Origin: Plasmodiophora brassicae
Lineage: Eukaryota
Direction of reading: 5' to 3'
NCBI GenBank assembly: GCA_036867785.1
Contig: CP145410.1
Location: 1,054,001-1,118,000 of the forward strand
Length of the DNA: 64,000 nucleotides
Shown: piece by piece, positions 62,319 through 64,000 of the stretch
Position numbering within the stretch: position 1 is the stretch's first letter
Layout of the letters: every line of letters begins with the position of its first letter
Position numbers and translations under genes: made by a program
Notes under the pieces: generated by a model
Databases searched by the model: none
What the model was told of the DNA's origin: nothing
The model's input: only the letters and a program-made list of their open reading frames with translations

Positions 62319-64000
62319 CGCGATGTGGCACTTGGCCCTTGAATGCGGTGTTGACGTTCGGGGTAGCAACGACGACACGGCTGTCGTCGATTTAAGCATG
62401 GAATCCGAATAAACCGTGTTCTGCTGTATTCCTCGGCGTTAGGGCGTCACAGGTCGATTGTTCTGGAACCTCTTTGATCGCCGGTTGGAACGCGAACACG
62501 GCCGAGTCTTGTGGTTCGCGCGTTTCGGCTTGCGCGCGTTCCTGTTCAACAGCGTCATGGGCACCAGTCCTAATCACATTTTTTACGTTCGCCCCGAACC
62601 CGTGCCGTTCCCCCAGAACCTTACCTGCGGCGACGACGCGTCGCAGTAGAGACTCGACCGTCAACGCCGCCGGCGCCAGCTGCGTCGCCATCGTGACACA
62701 AACACGAAATCCCGCAAAATCGCCCACCGCCGTCTGGTAGCAACGTATGTAGGTCGGCCTATGTAGCTTACTGGCGCGACAACACTGACAGTGGGGCTGG
62801 GAACTCGATATATTATGCATATTTATTCTGGGGCGCAACAGAGCCGTGTCGCGGTTCGCACACGGAACGATGTGAACGAGAATCCGACCGATCCCGACGC
62901 TGACGGGATTGCGCGTCTCTTTCGGTTGACCGCTTGCGGAATGAACTATCGCCTCGTGATGCGTCTCTCGGTAGCCTGCACCGTGCATATCGTCAGATCA
63001 CTCGTTACTCAGTGTGTGACCATGACAAGCCCAACCGGTCCCCGCACTGATCGGATGGCGCGCCCCTGCTGTTTCCGCGAAAGGCAACGTCACGCATAGA
63101 TACATCATCCAGTGCCCTAAGCCACACAACACCACATCAGATTGGCCACCCGAGGTGGAACGCATTGCCCGGAGTCTAACCGATCCCGATAGCGCCTGGC
63201 ATGCCTCTCTGGTTCGCTTGATCGGGATGGAGCACCGCGAACTGACCCATTTCCGGCCGGTATCCTAGCCATTGAATCAGAGGTTGCTGTCGGGTGGAGT
63301 GCGCCCTCGGGTAACTAACCTATCCCAATAGCAAGCGGGAGCCCGTTCTCTTTCGCTTGCACGCAAAGGAACGTCGCGCCTTGATGCATCTCCCGGTGCC
63401 CTGCGATACCAGAAATCAGCTTCTGTCAAGTGAAACGAGCTATAGAGTGCCTAACCGATCCCGGTTGGAGAAGCGCTCTCTTTCGATTGCCCGCAGTGAT
63501 CCGTCGCGTCTTGACGTATCGTTCAGTAGCCTATCGCAGGGGGACATGATCAGATTGGCTACCAAACGACGTTACTCGGACGCGAAGCGATACCGCTCGT
63601 GGCCAACAGTGGCTGAACAGCGTTCAACACAGTGCGGGCTAGAATTTCGATTCGCTGAAGAAGACGACATGGCATGCTGCCCTTTCGGGAGCGGTCCTCC
63701 AGCAGATTCACGGCAATCTTGGGCGAATTCAGAGCGACGACCTTGAGATGGATGCCGCTCTTCTTGTGTCGTCAATTTAGAATCGGACCGAGCAAGATGC
63801 GACTCCGAACGCGCATCCCTCGGGGATTGAGCGCGTTGTTGTTTCCTCAGTTTCCTCTCCTTTGCCCTCGCTCGCTTGCTCCGACGGTCTCGTTTCTGCT
63901 TCGTCGAAGGCTTCGACGCCGAATTATCACCAGGCTTCACCTCAGTCGCCTCAGACTTTAGACGTTTTCGTTGGATGGCAAGCTGGGCAAAGTGCTCGGA

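Noticed and set aside
1-64000. tRNA, rRNA, snRNA genes or U12-type introns
   Set aside because: No convincing signatures found by eye; tRNAscan and Infernal would be needed to exclude them
1-64000. Prokaryotic operon or biosynthetic gene cluster
   Set aside because: Spliceosomal introns throughout and functionally unrelated neighbouring genes

Overview
Compact, GC-rich, intron-rich eukaryotic DNA. It holds about 33 genes in 64 kb, with short (~50-70 nt) GT-AG introns and very short intergenic gaps. The ciliary gene LZTFL1 points to a flagellated protist, and the overall style fits a phytomyxid such as Plasmodiophora (inference, not verified). Recognisable genes: AP-1 mu, plant/bacterial-type glutaminyl cyclase, TMCO4/DUF726, a Zwint-like protein, Mdm35/TRIAP1, LZTFL1, FAM210-like, UFD2/UBE4, cytochrome b5 reductase, NIT2 omega-amidase, Sds3-like, three tandem rolling-stone/AIG1-like membrane proteins, GT61, pyruvate kinase, Trm3/TARBP1, NDUFA7-like, BolA, uL5/RPL11, a CAMKK-like kinase, a DH-PH RhoGEF, a soluble adenylyl cyclase (cyclase-STAND-TPR) and an MFS transporter. 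There are two apparent pseudogenes (Atg22-like, UBE2Q-like). The last ~4 kb is gene-poor and carries Ty3/gypsy relics. Most interesting: (1) a stand-alone Trl1/Rnl1-type ATP-dependent RNA ligase that only becomes visible after splicing, 89 bp downstream of the cyclase-STAND gene; (2) a lipoyl domain fused to an MRPS36/KGD4 adaptor with no E2 catalytic core; (3) a kinase-less triple cyclic-nucleotide-binding protein; (4) an ILEI lectin-ankyrin fusion; (5) an inverted pair of integrase fragments next to the TATA promoter of a signal-peptide-bearing MFS gene. All gene models were spliced by eye and all family calls come from recalled motifs; no searches were run.
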